Source of the DNA: Felis catus
Lineage: Eukaryota
Assembly (NCBI RefSeq): GCF_018350175.1
Contig: NC_058368.1
Location: 19,470,001-19,534,000, forward strand
Reading direction: 5' to 3'
DNA length: 64,000 nt
Shown here: positions 13,370-28,318 of the stretch, in pieces
Numbering within the stretch: position 1 is the stretch's first letter
How the letters are laid out: every line of letters begins with the position of its first letter
Translations under genes and position numbers: made by a program
Notes under the pieces: model-generated
What the model was told of the DNA's origin: nothing
The model's database searches: none
Seen by the model: only the letters and a program-made list of their open reading frames with translations

Positions 13370-14361
13370 TCTCCGTTATTTTTAATGTCTCTCTATTCCC
13401 TACTTTCTCTCAGCATATAAACGTGCCCAAATCTCTCCCATCTTGAGAAACACCAAAAAATCACTGCCTTCATGTTCTCAAGTTAACACTGTCCTTTCAG
13501 AGCCAGGCTCCCCTCAGAGGAGTTTAAGCTCCTTGTTGTCACTTGCTTACCTCCTACTGCTTTCTTGATCCACTATAGAATCACTCCTGCCACACAGCAG
13601 GCCAGAAATGTTCTTGTAAAGGTCATCTATTACCTTGAAATTGCCAGGTCCAACTGTCATTTCTGTCTTCCTCTTACTTGGCTGCTCCCTATCTGGAAAT
13701 TCTCTGCCTCCTTGGCTTCCATGATGAACACTTTCTTGGCTCTTACCAGATCTTCCTCAGCCTCTTTACTTGCCACGTAGATATCTGGGATTGTTGACGT
13801 GGTTTTCTTGGTCTCTTGCCTTCTTCCCTTCTAAAAACATCAGTGTTGAGGTCTTAGATATAATTTCAGTTCCTCGTCCTACTAATTAGTATCTGTGAGA
13901 CCTTGGGCAAGTTTTATTAACCTCTCTGAGCCCAGATTCTTAATAAATTGATGGTGAATATGTCTACCTCAAATTGTTGCTAGTATTAGATGAAATACAG
14001 TTATGTAAGTGCTCGAGGGCAGTCACTGGTATATAATAAGGGCTCACTATATGGCAGCTGTTTTTTATTCTTTTATTATTTTTTCTCTTCACTTTTTAAA
14101 CATAAGAGTAGATGGGTATTAATAAATATAATTAAAATTGTCAAACACAAGTCCAACTAAATAGAATACTGATTATCCCAACATTGTTTTTTTGTCATTC
14201 TTAGGAAAACCAGACGGATATAATAAATAATGCATTACGTAGGGGAAAATGCATCTATTAAATTGCTCAAGTGGGAGTGGGAAATGAGAAGGGAAACTAC
14301 CTTTCATATGTATTTTTAATTATTTTGATATCATAAAATTGATTTTTAACTCTTATTTCAG

Positions 14362-14623
14362 AAATTTTGAAGAATCTGAAGATGAGTTGAGAAATGAAGT
14401 AATAGAATCCCTAGAAAAACTTGCTACTTCTAAAGAGGAAGAAAACAGAGAAGAGTCTCCTGGTTTTTCTAAGGGTGCTGGAAAGTTAGGAGGAGAGGAG
14501 ATAAGCATACAGAAATATGCAGAATTCAGTGAAGGTTTAGAGAATATCTCTACTCGAGCTAATGACAAAGTATGCATTGCTGATGAAAACCAAGAAACAT
14601 CAACAACCCATCAAAATGTATAA
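14362..14623 (+). CDS. NEK5: NEK5 last coding exon, to TAA stop
   Basis: Acceptor tcttatttcAG at 14360-14361, phase 2. Encodes acidic tail NFEESEDELRNEVIESLEKLATSKEEENREESPG...ENQETSTTHQNV*, matching the recalled NEK5 long-isoform end. Confidence 0.9.
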
Positions 14624-14840
14624 GTGTGATTATTGTACTTTTTCTTAAGTGATAAGTTAGTATCTATTAGGTATAGTGTCTGGGCACAAGTCATTAATAT
14701 TCATTCTGTAAGAGTTTTCCAGTCATCCCAGGGGTTTATTAATTTTTCTCCCAATTTAGACAGTAAGGCTGACTAATTTGAGTATAGAAATTAATATTTT
14801 TACTTTAAAATTTCTACCAAGAAATCTTTCAGACAGTAGA

Positions 14841-15369
14841 TGTGATAGGCAGAGTAATGAGTCTCTCTTCCTGCCACCCCGCAGCACACCCAGTGATGTG
14901 AATATATTGTTACATGGTAAAGGGGAATTAAGGTTGCAGGTGGAAGTAAGGCTGCTACTCAGCTGACCTTCAAATAGGGGAGGGTGTTTTTGATTACCCA
15001 GGTGGGCCCAATGTAATCAAAGGGTGTTTAACAGCGGAAGGAGGCAGAAGAGAGAACCAGAGAGATGTCAGGGTGAGCGGGGATGAGCCTGGTGCTGCCG
15101 CCTTTGAAGATGGAGGAACATGCCATATGCCAAGGAATACAGGCAGCTTCTAGAATCTGGGAAAGGCCAGGCCATGGACTTTCCCCAGAAGCCCGCAGAG
15201 GGAACACAGTCTTGCTGACATCTTGATTTTGGCTTCTGGAAATCCACTTTAGACTTCTGACCTACAGAATTGTAAGATAATAAATTTGTGTTGTTTTAAC
15301 TAAATTTGGTAGGTTTAAATTTGATAAATTTAACTAAATTTGTTAAGACAATGGTAGAAAACTAATACA
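14841..15369 (+). mobile_element. MaLR LTR (MLT1D-like) just downstream of the NEK5 stop
   Basis: TG...CA ends (tgtgataggcag...aaactaataca); diagnostic 'ggggaattaaggttgcag', 'gcctttgaagatggagg', 'gaattgtaagataataaatttgtgttgtttt'. Confidence 0.85.
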
Positions 15370-16385
15370 ATGTACAAACAAATTCATTTAGAATAATCTG
15401 CCATTATAGAAAACTGTGATTTGAGGATTTCTGAAGTCATACGGAATACACTTTTTTGAAGCTGATGTTGACACTCAAGAGAGTAGGGTAATTGAGCAAA
15501 GAGAGGATCAAGGCCCATCATGTTAATTACGCACCAAATATTCATTTTATTATGTTTTATTGAATTAATTTCTAATAGCTTCAAATGTATAGATTATAAG
15601 CTTCTTGAAGGCAAGAAGCCACCATCTTACATCTTATATCTTACTTATATCGTACACTGATCTTTTTATATATGGTGCTTAGCAGAGAACAATCCCAGTG
15701 TTGAACATGTGCCTGGAGTTTAATAGATATTTGTTGATTTATTGTGTTGCTTCTATGAAGGACAGAGTGGTTATAATTCTAAGTGGTAGAATTCTCCCTG
15801 AAATAGATGCTCTGGAATAAAAATAAAACTGAAATTACACATTAATACATTGCTAAGCCAATGAAACAAGGATGAGGAGGGGTTGGCCAGAATATTTCTA
15901 AGGTCTGCTTAGTGTTTACATTTGATATAATTTTATTAAATGTGGGGAAAGTATCAAGATTCCCCTAACTGTCGGATGCATCCTGTATTTTCCTTGGTGA
16001 AAGTTCCTTTCAGCTTGGTGTATAGGGTTTCAAGCTGCTCTTTAAGGGAGATGGCTCAGTATGGTCACATCATGAGGCTGAGAATATTTAAACATTTCTT
16101 ACCACTGTTAATTTCAACCGTGGTAACACATGACCCCGAAAGATTAAAGCATCATTAATCCTACTGACTCTTACTGGTCAGCGTATACGTGTTTTACTTT
16201 TGGAACATTATGTGGTTAAGGCATAATAAATCTGTTAATATGCTTCATTTAATCCTCATTCTAGATAGTAATTGAATGCATGGAGAATGAAACTTGGTTC
16301 CTGAAAATTCCAAAGATCCAAAGACCAGTCAGTTATATGCAGAGAAAAAGGAAAAAAAGAATGAATGTTTAGGGTCAATGTTTAA

Positions 16386-16598
16386 GGGGCGCCTGGGTGG
16401 CTCAGTCAGTTAAGTGTCCGACTTCAGCTCAGGTCATGATCTCCCAGTTTGTGGGTTCAAGCCCTGTATCAGGCTCTGTGCTGACAGCTGAGCCTGGAGC
16501 CTGCTTTGGATTCTGTGTCTCCCTCTCTCTCTGCCCCTCCCCAGCTCACGCTCTCTCTCTGTCTCAAATAAACATTAAAAAAAATTTTTTTTAAAAAG
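16386..16598 (+). mobile_element. CanSINE (SINEC_Fc-like)
   Basis: ggggcgcctgggtggctcagtc head; TSD ggtcaatgttta. Confidence 0.9.
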
Positions 16599-18369
16599 GT
16601 CAATGTTTAAGAATAAGCCTATCAAGTTTGCTCCAATGACAAGATGTGTGGCTAAAGTCTCCTTTAGCTAACAGCCACCAACCCTTATTCATTGTAAGAT
16701 TTTACAATCTTTGCTGTAAAGTAGGAAGTATTCATTGTGATAACTATCCATATCTTGAAGGTTTTTCAACCTACATCAGCTCCTAATTCACCTTACCCGT
16801 CTTACGTACACTGTTATCTAAATCATGTTCTTGAGGCACAACTGACTACTTTATTCTGGGTTTAGACGTAGCTGCATTTGTTAAGTTGAAACTATTGATC
16901 ACACCTGCATGTGTTTTTAGAATAAATTTTATTAAAAATTATGCATCTTAGTAACTATGTATCCTAGCTATCAAACTGATCATTCTTTAAATGTGTACAA
17001 ACTTTTAACTTCCCTTTTAAGTATCTTGTAACATGTATAGTCCAAGTGAGCACGTAGCACTCGAATATTAGAACTGATGCTTCTTTGAAGCCAAGGGTGG
17101 CCTTAGATTTAGGGTGGGGACAGAGGAAAAAATTAGCTGAGGAATAGTGGGAGAGGTAGGGGAAATTACAGGGGCATAATGTGATTCTAGTAATTTGCAG
17201 AATTGCTTCTCATGGTTAACTTTTTTGTTGTACCCACTGAAAGATTTAGCACAGACACCCTATTCATATTAGAGTCCTGGAGTCTAGGGTACATTCACAT
17301 AATTAAACACAAATATTCTGAAAGCACTGATAATTACAGGGGCTACTCTCTCAGAATTTTGTCTATGACTCTGTAAAAAAGAAACCCCAAAATTATTAAA
17401 ACATATGAAGTTCTGCAGTGTTTGGTAGGTCTGAAATATTCATTAAAAGGAAAAAGTCTATTAAACCTGACAACCTATTCTTCTTGGGTACTAGAGGCGA
17501 GACAATTTTACTTTATCTTTAAATTTTTCATTTTTATTTTTTAAATTCTTGGCATGTGGAGCTTAGAAGTACTGGTAGTAGATAACAAATAATTCCGAAT
17601 TGAGAGCCTGCATGAGGGGACAAATACACCATATGCGGAAAAGTATCCAAGAGACTGAAAACCACTTCCTATCATACTTAGAGACAAACAGATTTTGTAT
17701 CTATTAAAGTCATATTTAGATACAAGTAGAGATACAAAGAACAGGTATTTTGTTATGCACAGCTGAAATAAGAATGTGCATCCCCACTGCTGTGGGTTCA
17801 AAATATACTGTGTTTGGACCACTCAAAAACAATGTTTTATAGGAATAGTCACTCAAGAGTTCTTCAGACAGACAGCAGACATATTGCTTTGATGCTTTCC
17901 ATGGTTATCAGTCCTTCCAAAAAAAAAAAGACATGTCCTATCACATTAGGAACAGGGAAGATGAACATATACGCAAATTATGTTTCCAGTGATGTTTGTG
18001 ACAAATGAAAAAATAATTTTGAAGAAACAAGATTAAGAAATGCTTTATGGGATTTCAGAAACCTTTCTTCCTTTACTTCTTAGTCCCTTTCAATTTCTTT
18101 ATCTTTATTCTCATGATTTTCTATGGGCTGATGGGTAAACTGAGGGGGCGGTGGTATGGATCTTACCACAAAAGACTAGCTGTAAGGTAAGAAAGTGAAC
18201 TGGGCTGGAGTCAGAAGTCCCACGTTATAATCCCAATTTTTGTCCTTAAACAGCTTTGTGAAATGGAGTCTTTAGGTCTTTAAATTATTCTTGTCTGTAA
18301 AGTTGAAAGGAAGAAAACTGGATTAGAGGATTTGTAGGGTTCCTTCCAACTCCAATGTCCACTAGACTT

Positions 18370-18573
18370 CTTTTTCTTTTTAAATGTTTATTTTTTTTTT
18401 TTAAGAGAGAAAGAGCACAAACAGGGGAGGGCAGAGAGGGTGACAGAGGATCCAAAGCGGGCTCTGCGCTGACAGCAGAGAGCCTGATGTGGGGGACTCG
18501 AACTCATGAACTGCGAGATTATGACCTGAGCCAAAGTTGGATGCTTAACTGACTGAGCCACCCAGACGCCCCC
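18370..18573 (-). mobile_element. CanSINE
   Basis: SINEC body in antisense orientation. Confidence 0.88.
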
Positions 18574-18802
18574 ATCTTTCTTTTCTGAACTGAATCATCT
18601 CCACCCAAAGCTATGTTGGTGTGTCATATCACCCTGGGCCTCTGTTTTGCTGCTTTTTGACCTGATGACAGAAGGTGGCCTGTAGATGAGTCAACGACTG
18701 GAAGTAGACGATGAAGCTGGCCAGGTCGGTGACTGGATGAGAGGAGTTTGGAAGGGAAAAACATACCTCTTTCACATGCTCCTAACACAAAAATGTATCA
18801 GA

Positions 18803-19128
18803 TTGACAGAGAAAGACAGATACATGATTTCACTCACGTGGAATTTGAGAAACTAGATGACCGTAGGGGAAGGGAAGGAAAAATAAAATCCAGAGAGGGA
18901 GGCAAACCATAAGAGACTCTAAATACAGAGAACAAACTGAGGGTTGATGGTCATGGGTGGTTGGGGGGGTGGGGAATTTGGGTGATGGGCTTTGAGGAGG
19001 GCACTTGTTGGGATGAGCACTGGGTGTTGTATGTAAGTGATGAATCACAGGAATCTACTCCTGAAGCCAAGACTACACTGTATGTTAACGAACTTGACAA
19101 TAAATTAAAAAAAAAAAAATATATATAT
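18803..19128 (+). mobile_element. 5'-truncated carnivore LINE-1 3' end with poly(A)
   Basis: L1_Carn/L1_Fc 3'UTR (gaggagggcacttgttgggatgagcactgggtgttgtatg), aataaa + A-tail; TSD atgtatcaga. Confidence 0.9.
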
Positions 19129-20415
19129 ATGTATCAGACTGTGCAGGAGGTGGATTATGAACTAGAAGGAGCTAATTATGTGTGCAGAAAATGCCAAACG
19201 CTGTAGTTCTCTGTAATTGCATCTGCACAGCCACATACTTTTCGTGCTAGTTATTCAGCACAGAAGTCCCGTTAAATGTGTACTGATTTGTAGCTACTGA
19301 CCTAGTAACCACTCGCCTACACTGAACCCTAATGCATTAATAAGGAGGATTACGAAAGACATATACTATAAATTGTTATCTTTAAATTACTTTATAAAGG
19401 TACCTTTAAAAAACTTGGATAGTTATCCAGGTATTTTTCACATACTTTCCATCTCAGAATCACTAGGAGGTAGTGAGGACAGGTATCAGCATCTCCAGAT
19501 TATAGATGTAGAATGTAAGTTTCAAAAAGATTAAGCAGCAGCTGAGTATTAAGAGATCAGATGTTTGCAAATGATGACACAGGGATCAGGCCCAGGTGTT
19601 TTGCTAGTCCGGTGCTCTTTTCAAAATGCCACCTCATCATCTTACAAGGCATGATGCTGATAACAGAGACTCGGTGGACGGATCTGGCTACTCTATCATG
19701 GCTATCAGAAAAACAACTTATCAAAGCGATCTCACTCAGACCTTCTGAACAACTTAAACCTAGCTTCCAGCCTCCTGCGATGTGGAAATGTGAAGGGATG
19801 ATGAGAGCATCCTTCTCAAATGTACTGATAGCACCAAACAAAAACCTAATTTCACAAATATGGAGCTGTGGGAAGGATCGCTGGAGGCCTCCTGGCCCCT
19901 GCGAGCCGACACATGCCCACAGGGCGGTCCCAGTCCCTGCCTTTTCACTACAAGCTTTCAGAACATGATTAAGCCTGCTTAAAGTCTCTTTTCTCTTTTA
20001 AGAGAATCTTTAGATATATCCAAGAAGGTCACCCACAATTACTATTTAGGATTTAAATGGACTAGAATTTTTCTGTGTTCCCAAGATAGCAGAACATTTC
20101 TAAAGTACCAAACTATTAATTATCAGTCTTCCATTTTCCTTTCGACATTTCCTTTTTTTCTAAAGGTAAATTCTCTTTCCTGGGTTCTAAAGTACAGTGA
20201 TTTGACAAATAGGACTTGAAAAATGTGAATTAGACCAAAATTAAGATGGTTGGTTCATTTTTTTCTTTCAGATCCATATTTTTCAGAATTTGAGACAAAA
20301 TCCTAATCTAAAATTTTTTCATTTAAACAATTTAGGTAATTTTGACCTTTGTCATTTTCACTGAAATAAACATCCTGTCTATATACATACTGCTGAGAGC
20401 ACTGCTTAGGCTGAC

Positions 20416-20421
20416 TTTATT
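20416..20421 (-). terminator. Candidate ALG11 polyadenylation signal AATAAA
   Basis: tttatt on +, i.e. AATAAA on -, about 90 nt past the ALG11 stop codon. Confidence 0.55.
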
Positions 20422-20511
20422 ACAATACAGAAAAAGCTTAGAAAAATTACTCACGAATGAAGGTATGTCGCCATTTTATATAAAATATCTTTCATCTGTA
20501 CAGATATGACA

Positions 20512-20940
<429 letters not shown>

Positions 20941-21399
20941 TCAAGTAATTTTAAGTTTTTTAGTTTTTAGCCTTTACAATAATGCTACTTGGTTCTTAAT
21001 TGAAACAGACAAGCAGGAGAGAGAACAGTCTGTAAAAAACAGATCCCTGTAGGTAATAAAACGAAGTAGACTACAGAATGCTGGCAAGATGGCAGACTGA
21101 AAGATAAAAGGTGTAAAGAGATACCAAAAGCAAAATTTCAGGAGTTCCAATTCCAGCATTAGGAGGTTGCCCTCTTCCCTCTACTTCTTCTTTTTTGCTG
21201 GCTCCTCCTCTTCTGCCCACTTCTGAACCCTGCTCGTTCTCAGCATTTTGCAGCAGGGGCCTCTTCTCACTGGGCACTTTCCCTAGGCCACCGAACCCTC
21301 TTCCGTGGGGCTTCCGTAACGACCCGGACGGCAACGAACTCCTCCGTCTGTGTTTCCTGGTCAGGTCCCTCACCTGCACTGCAGACTCGTAGAGACAAG

Positions 21400-22280
21400 T
21401 GTCCACTGGACACACCCAACTCCGTGTCCTGCAGATCATTCTAACTCTACCTGCTGGGAACCTGGCTCATCAACTGCCTCTCCTCTTGGGACTCTGTCTC
21501 GAGGTGACAGCCATCCACTGTTCATACATTTGCCTACACTCAAAACCCCAGGAGGTCCTCTTGGACTCTTCTCTCTCCTTCACGTAAGACGTCCAATTAA
21601 TCACCACGTCCTGTTCAATCCTGCCTCAGAATTTCCCTCGAGCGTGTTCGCCTACCGTGTTTGTACCACAGCACGTCACCCAGGTTGCCAGGGCAGCCCA
21701 ACACATCCTCCTGCCTTCCTCCCCTGGCCCTCCCTGCTCCTCACTGATCCACCCCTCCACGGCAACCACAGTGAACTTGAGGAAATAGAAAGCTTTTAAA
21801 TCCAATACTCAAAATCAGTCTATCTTTTCCCACTGGCTTCACCTGGCCCCAGCTCCCCTCTCCATCAGCGTGTTGTTCCTCCTGCGTGCTCCGGCCATAC
21901 CGAACCCTTAGTTCCCTGAGTGCACCTGCTAGTGCCCTTATGGTCCCACCTGTCACGATGCTGTTCCCTCTGCTGGATATTCTCCCATCTTTTGCAAGGC
22001 TAACTTCTAATTACTGTTCAGGTCCCAGCTTACGCATCACACCATTTCCTCGGGCAACTGTTCTCTGACCTCACAAATCTGTTAGGTGTTTCTCTTGGGT
22101 GCTTCAAATCACCCTGCACTTGCCCTGGCACAGCACTTAGCACCGTGTCCAGTAAAGTGCTGTTTAACTGGTCTGTATCACACACAGAGCTGGAAGTCTC
22201 AGAAGGGAACAACAGGTCCTGTCTCCCAGTCATTTTCCCAGCACCCGCCACGTGCCTGGCACACTGAATGCTCCAGTAAG
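21400..22280 (+). mobile_element. LINE-2 remnants in ALG11 intron 3
   Basis: Pyrimidine-rich L2-like body ending 'cacgtgcctggcacactgaatgctccagtaa'; boundaries approximate. Confidence 0.55.
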
Positions 22281-22899
22281 TCTCCGTGGGAGGAGGCACA
22301 GGGAGTCAGACCCTGTGCAGAAGGTCTGAATCAAAAAGTTCTTGCTGTATGTCTGGGCTCAGTAATGTGCGACCCACTAGGGATAGACAGGAGGGTAAGA
22401 GAAATCATAGCCTTAGCACAGGAGACTTCACTTTATGTTTTTCCATTTTCCCTGAACACCTAGCAGTGTGGACACAAAGCAGCCACTTGAGAAATAGATG
22501 TTGAACCAAATTAGACACAAGACAGCAGTTGACTTTATGCCAAATGTATGCATAACAGGAAGTCAGGATATAGAGAGCAGCTTGTGCTAGAATAAACAAG
22601 AAAGGCTAAATTAAAGGCTAAGGAGATGAAAGTCAGACACTTATAATGGGATTTGACAGAAAAAGGAGGGTAGGCCATTTCAATAATGGGTAGGGAATCA
22701 ACAGAAGAAACAACAGAATTGACATGAGGAGCCCTGTCAGCTCAGCTTTTGGTGTACATGAAAATCACCTGATGAGCTTTACTGAAATACATCTACCTGG
22801 GCCCCCCCCGGAGATTCGGATTTGGTCCTTCAGTGAGATTAGGCCAGGAATCTGTACCAGTCCAGACATAGGGTTAGGTGGGGCAGAGAAACTGGTAGG

Positions 22900-23125
22900 T
22901 AAGAGCAGGGGCTGAGTTAGGATCCAAGCTCTATCTCTTATTGCTAAGGCTGAACAAGGGCAAGTTCAAAACCTCTCTGTGCCTGAGTTTCTTTATTCGT
23001 CAAATGGAAATAACAGTACATCAAGCAGGGTTTCAGAGAGGATTAAATCAGATAATACTTGTAAAGATCTCAACAGTGACTTCTGCACAGTAAGCTGTCA
23101 ATAAATATCAGCTATTATTATTGAC
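22900..23125 (+). mobile_element. MIR element
   Basis: MIR core 'ggcaagttcaaaacctctctgtgcctgagtttctttattcgtcaaatggaaataacagta...gaggattaaatcagataata'. Confidence 0.75.
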
Positions 23126-23256
23126 TACATACTGTTATGTCCTGCGGGGTCTCAAATGAAAAAAGTTTACTTGGCAGACTGGGAGAGGAGAATTAGACCT
23201 GATGTGAACTTCTAGAGTATTATTATTTTATCAAGAGAACCCAAATGTACATCTCA

Positions 23257-24264
<1,008 letters not shown>

Positions 24265-25028
24265 TTAAAATCGAGCAGAAAAGTTGGAGATAATTATTTT
24301 GTCACAATCATAAAGAAGGTTATTTCTATATTGAAAAAAAAAATGTTTTCCACTGTTTTTCCTTCATTGCACTTGGTCTGCTGATCCCGAGTCCTCTGCT
24401 GTCCTGGGAGTTAAATGTTAGTCCTCCAAATGAGACTTCGAGTTCTTTGCTATTTCCTCTTCTGAGAGTTTTGCATAGAGCAGACATCAATAGAATTTGC
24501 TGACATTTCCGCTTTTATGAAATACACAGAAACTTTATTCTGACAGCCTTTTCAGTATAAAACGGTAATATCAATAATGTACTCTTAAACAAGAGTTAAA
24601 ACTTACTAAATGTATCTTTAGACAGGATCATAGATGCTAAAGCGTTACTCTATTTTTATCTGAGAAATGCAATAAGATTCTAAAAGCTAGATCAGGTGCC
24701 TGCATCAAAATTAGATAGGATATAATAATAATGGAAGTCTTTAAAAGTATATATTCTTATGACTATGCTTTTGGCATTTGCTCTGATGGTGTTTTTGGCT
24801 ACTGAGTCATAAAACATTTCTTAAGTATCTAGTATGAGCTACTAGGTTCAGGGATTAGAGGGTCTTTACCCTCGAGGAGCTGAGTTCAGTGGGGAAAACA
24901 GATGTATAAACAGAAAACTGCAAAACTGTGATATGTGTTGATAAAGACAGCCATGGGATGCTGTGCAGACCCAAAGGATGAGCATCTAACTGCACTTCCC
25001 CACAGGCAAAATGATCCTTAGACTGAGG

Positions 25029-25259
25029 TTTTTTTTTTTTTTTTTTTAACGTTTATTTATTTTTGAGAGACCGAGAGAGAGGGAGAGAGCTTGCACACAT
25101 GAGCAGGGAGAGGGGCAGAGAGACAGAGAGAATCGCAAGCAGGCTCCGCACTGTCAGTGCAGAGCCCGAAGCGGGGCTCAAACTCAAGAACCGTGAGATT
25201 ATGACCTGAACTGAGATTAAGGGTCAGATGCTTAACCCACTGAGCCACTCAGGTGCCCC
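25029..25259 (-). mobile_element. CanSINE
   Basis: T-tail, (GA)n, SINEC head reverse-complemented. Confidence 0.9.
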
Positions 25260-25299
25260 TGGAATGATCCTTATAAGACGTAAAAACGATTGTCATCTC

Positions 25300-25822
25300 C
25301 GATTGCTTAAAGATGGCCACAAATTCTTTGACACTTATCAAGTGGTGGGATCTATGTCCCTTCCCCTGGAATGACGGGCTCTGTGATTGCTTTTACCAAT
25401 AGACTATGTCAAAGGTGACATTTTGCCAGTTTCTAGAGCCAAGTTCTATGGGGATGGTAATTTCTGCTTTGCTCTAGAGAAGTCAACTGTCACATAAGAC
25501 GTCCAACTATCCTGAGACTGCCATGTTGTGTGCAAGCCCAAGCGAGTCACGTAGAGAGGCTGCGGGTGACAGAGATGCCTGACCAGTGTTCCCCACCCTC
25601 ACCCACTGTCACTGTTGCAATCATCCCAGCCCAGGAAGCAGGTATGTTAGTGGAGAAGCATTCAGATGACTTGGAGCCAGCTGCCATCTAACTGCAGCAG
25701 CTTGGTATGCAGGATTTCAAACAGGGCCCATCAATCCCCAAACTGTGAAATATAATGAGAAATTCTTGCTTTAGCCATTACGTTTTGGGGTGGCTTGTCA
25801 TGTAGCAACGGATAAGCAGAAT
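25300..25822 (+). mobile_element. MaLR LTR (MLT1F/G-like)
   Basis: 'aaagatggccacaaattctttgacact' start and 'ttttggggtggcttgtcatgtagcaacggataagcagaata' end. Confidence 0.7.
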
Positions 25823-26332
25823 ATCATCTCTCTGTCTGAAACACTCATATAGTTTCCCACAGCACTTAGAATACCAGCTAGACTCCTCACTCTACTCACT
25901 CAAGCCCTGAGTAATCTGGACCCTGCCTCCGCTCTCTCAGGTACCCACAGGGTCAGCCAAACTGGATTCCTTTCTCTGAACACGACAGGCTCCTTCCAGT
26001 CTTAGGGGACTTGCAAGAGTTGTTCCCTCCGTTTTGAACTCTCTTTTCTCATCTTCACTGTGTTTTCCTGAGGCAGACGGTATGGCATGTGATTTACAAC
26101 ATGGGCTCTGTAATGCAGTTCCCTTATCTGTCAAATGAGGGTAACAGTAACAATCTCATAAGGTTACTCTGAAGATTGGGTGAGCTGACACGTGTAAAAC
26201 ACTTCAAACAATGCCTGGCACATAGTAAATGCTCAGTACACGTCAGCTGCTTTTGTCATTTAAACTTCAGTGAAGTATCACCTCCTTGGAGATTTTCCCT
26301 ACTTACTCAGTCTAAAATACGGAATCATTCCC

Positions 26333-26520
26333 GGGGCACCTGAGTGGCTCTGCCGGTTAGGCATCTGACTCTTGATTTCGGCTCAGATCATGATCTCATG
26401 GTCATGAGATCAAGCCCCAAGCTCTGCTCAGTGCAGAGCCTGCTTGGAATTCTCTTTCTCCCTCTCTCTGCCCCTTTCCCGTTCTCTCTCTCTCAAAATA
26501 AGTAAGCATTAAAAAAATAA
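26333..26520 (+). mobile_element. CanSINE
   Basis: ggggcacctgagtggctc head, CT tract, A-tail. Confidence 0.88.
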
Positions 26521-27888
26521 AGTATGGAGTCCTATTTTAATTTCTTGCGTAGCATCTCTCACCATTTGGTATTTTTCTTTTTAGGTATTATTTTGTCTCC
26601 TCTCCATTAAAATCTAAGATCCATGATCTATTTTGTTCACCATTCAATCTCAACTCAACAGTGACTGACACAGAGTAGGTCCCCAAGAAATATTTCTAGA
26701 TCGAATGAAAAGTGTATTGTAGTTTATGCTGAGTCAGGAGAGGCTTGTAGAAATTAGCTGAGGAGAAAAAGGTCAGAAAAAAAAAAAAGGAACACCGTAT
26801 GGAAAGGCAAGGAATCTATAGAGAGAGCCTGATGCTCCTAGCTCAGTGTGCTGAGCAAAGTATACATGAAGGAATGGGGAGGGATGAAAAATAAAATGTG
26901 GCAAGAACAAGATGAAAAAGTATCTTCTATGTCCTACTGAGGATTTGGACTTCTTTCACTGCAGGTGACTTGGGAATAACAGAGTTTGCTGGGGAGTACA
27001 GTAGAGCTATCACAAAACTTTACCGCTGCCCTCAAGAGTGAGAGAATCCAGGTAGACAAGTTAATGCACAGAGTTAGGAGAAGGAAAGAGCAGTAGTGAT
27101 TAGAGAAGGAGCAGGGAAGGCCTCAGAAAGGTGGGCAGTACGCTGAGATCTAAGAACACGTTTTAGATCCAGGGAGTTATGGAAGATGGCAGAGGAAATA
27201 CAAGGGTGGTGGCTGGAAGCCAGGATGAGCCAAGAAACAGAGATGTAGAATGAAGGGAATTCTGTGTGAAGGCTCTGGAACTGGATGAAGGGCATGTGCC
27301 AGGAAGTAGCGTAACCAGGGAAGAATAATAGTTTCCTCCTATGATAAAACCACAAATGGAATTTGTACTTTACTGTGTTTATTCCTCCTACATTTGGAGA
27401 TGCAGGTGGGGAGAAGGAAGCCTAAAACATGAAATGACCGGGTAGTAGCATATTCTTTCGAACATGGTAACTTAAGACTAACTGGTAATGATATCAACAT
27501 TAAAATCAGATAGATGCTCTCACAGAGATTATCTCCTGTGTGCCGCTATGGACTAAATGTATTCAGGCTTAAAGTGTTCCTTGGTATTGCTTGATATATT
27601 TCTGTTTACTATTCAACTTCTCCACACGTTCTTCCAAGGTGACAGTTATCCCCGCTAAATTTTGCCATTAAAGGGTGGATACTTTCCCTTTCCATTTCTT
27701 TGTCATATCAACTAAAATTCAACAGGATCTTGTAAGGCAGGCTGGCACATAACAGAAGCGTTTCCTTATTGAAGAACAATTAATTCCTGGCCACGAGTAA
27801 GGTGAGAGAAAGTTAACTTTCTGGGCAATGATTTTTTTTTTTTAAAGGTAATACGAGAGCAAATGAGCTAAGAAAGATGCATACCTAC

Positions 27889-28119
27889 TTTTTCTGCAGA
27901 GCCCTTAAGGCACACCACAAAACTCTTTCTCCTCCGCCGCCAGCATTGCAGTACGGATGAAAAAATGCAATCACCAGTTGATTTTTCCCATTTTTGCTAG
28001 TTGCTACTGACTCTTTCTTTCTTCGTACCAGCAGTCTGATTCCCCAGAGGATAATGAACAAACATATGCATAAAATTCCACATACTGTCAGGCCAGGGAG
28101 GAATAATGAATAAAAAAAC
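27889..28119 (-). CDS. ALG11: ALG11 exon 2 (membrane anchor and [18 protein letters not shown] motif)
   Basis: Acceptor TTTCAG|G TTT TTT TAT; donor AAA AA|GTAGGT; 231 nt. Encodes [76 protein letters not shown]. Confidence 0.97.
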
Positions 28120-28318
28120 CTGAAACAAGAAGGAAAATATAAAAATCAACAGAAACAACAAATTAAAGTCCACTTTTACATATCCACTTTATATATCAGT
28201 AGTAAAGAGAGATTTTTATACCTGGGAGTCTGCTAACGAAATACTTCTTAATCAGCAGTAAAAATCAATGTTGAGCCACTTTTCTCCTAACAGTGTATGT
28301 GTTAAGGGACTAAAAACA

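Noticed and set aside
19561..19968. 135-aa + strand ORF between NEK5 and ALG11
   Set aside because: No recognisable homology or splice context; adjacent to MIR-like sequence; likely a chance ORF.
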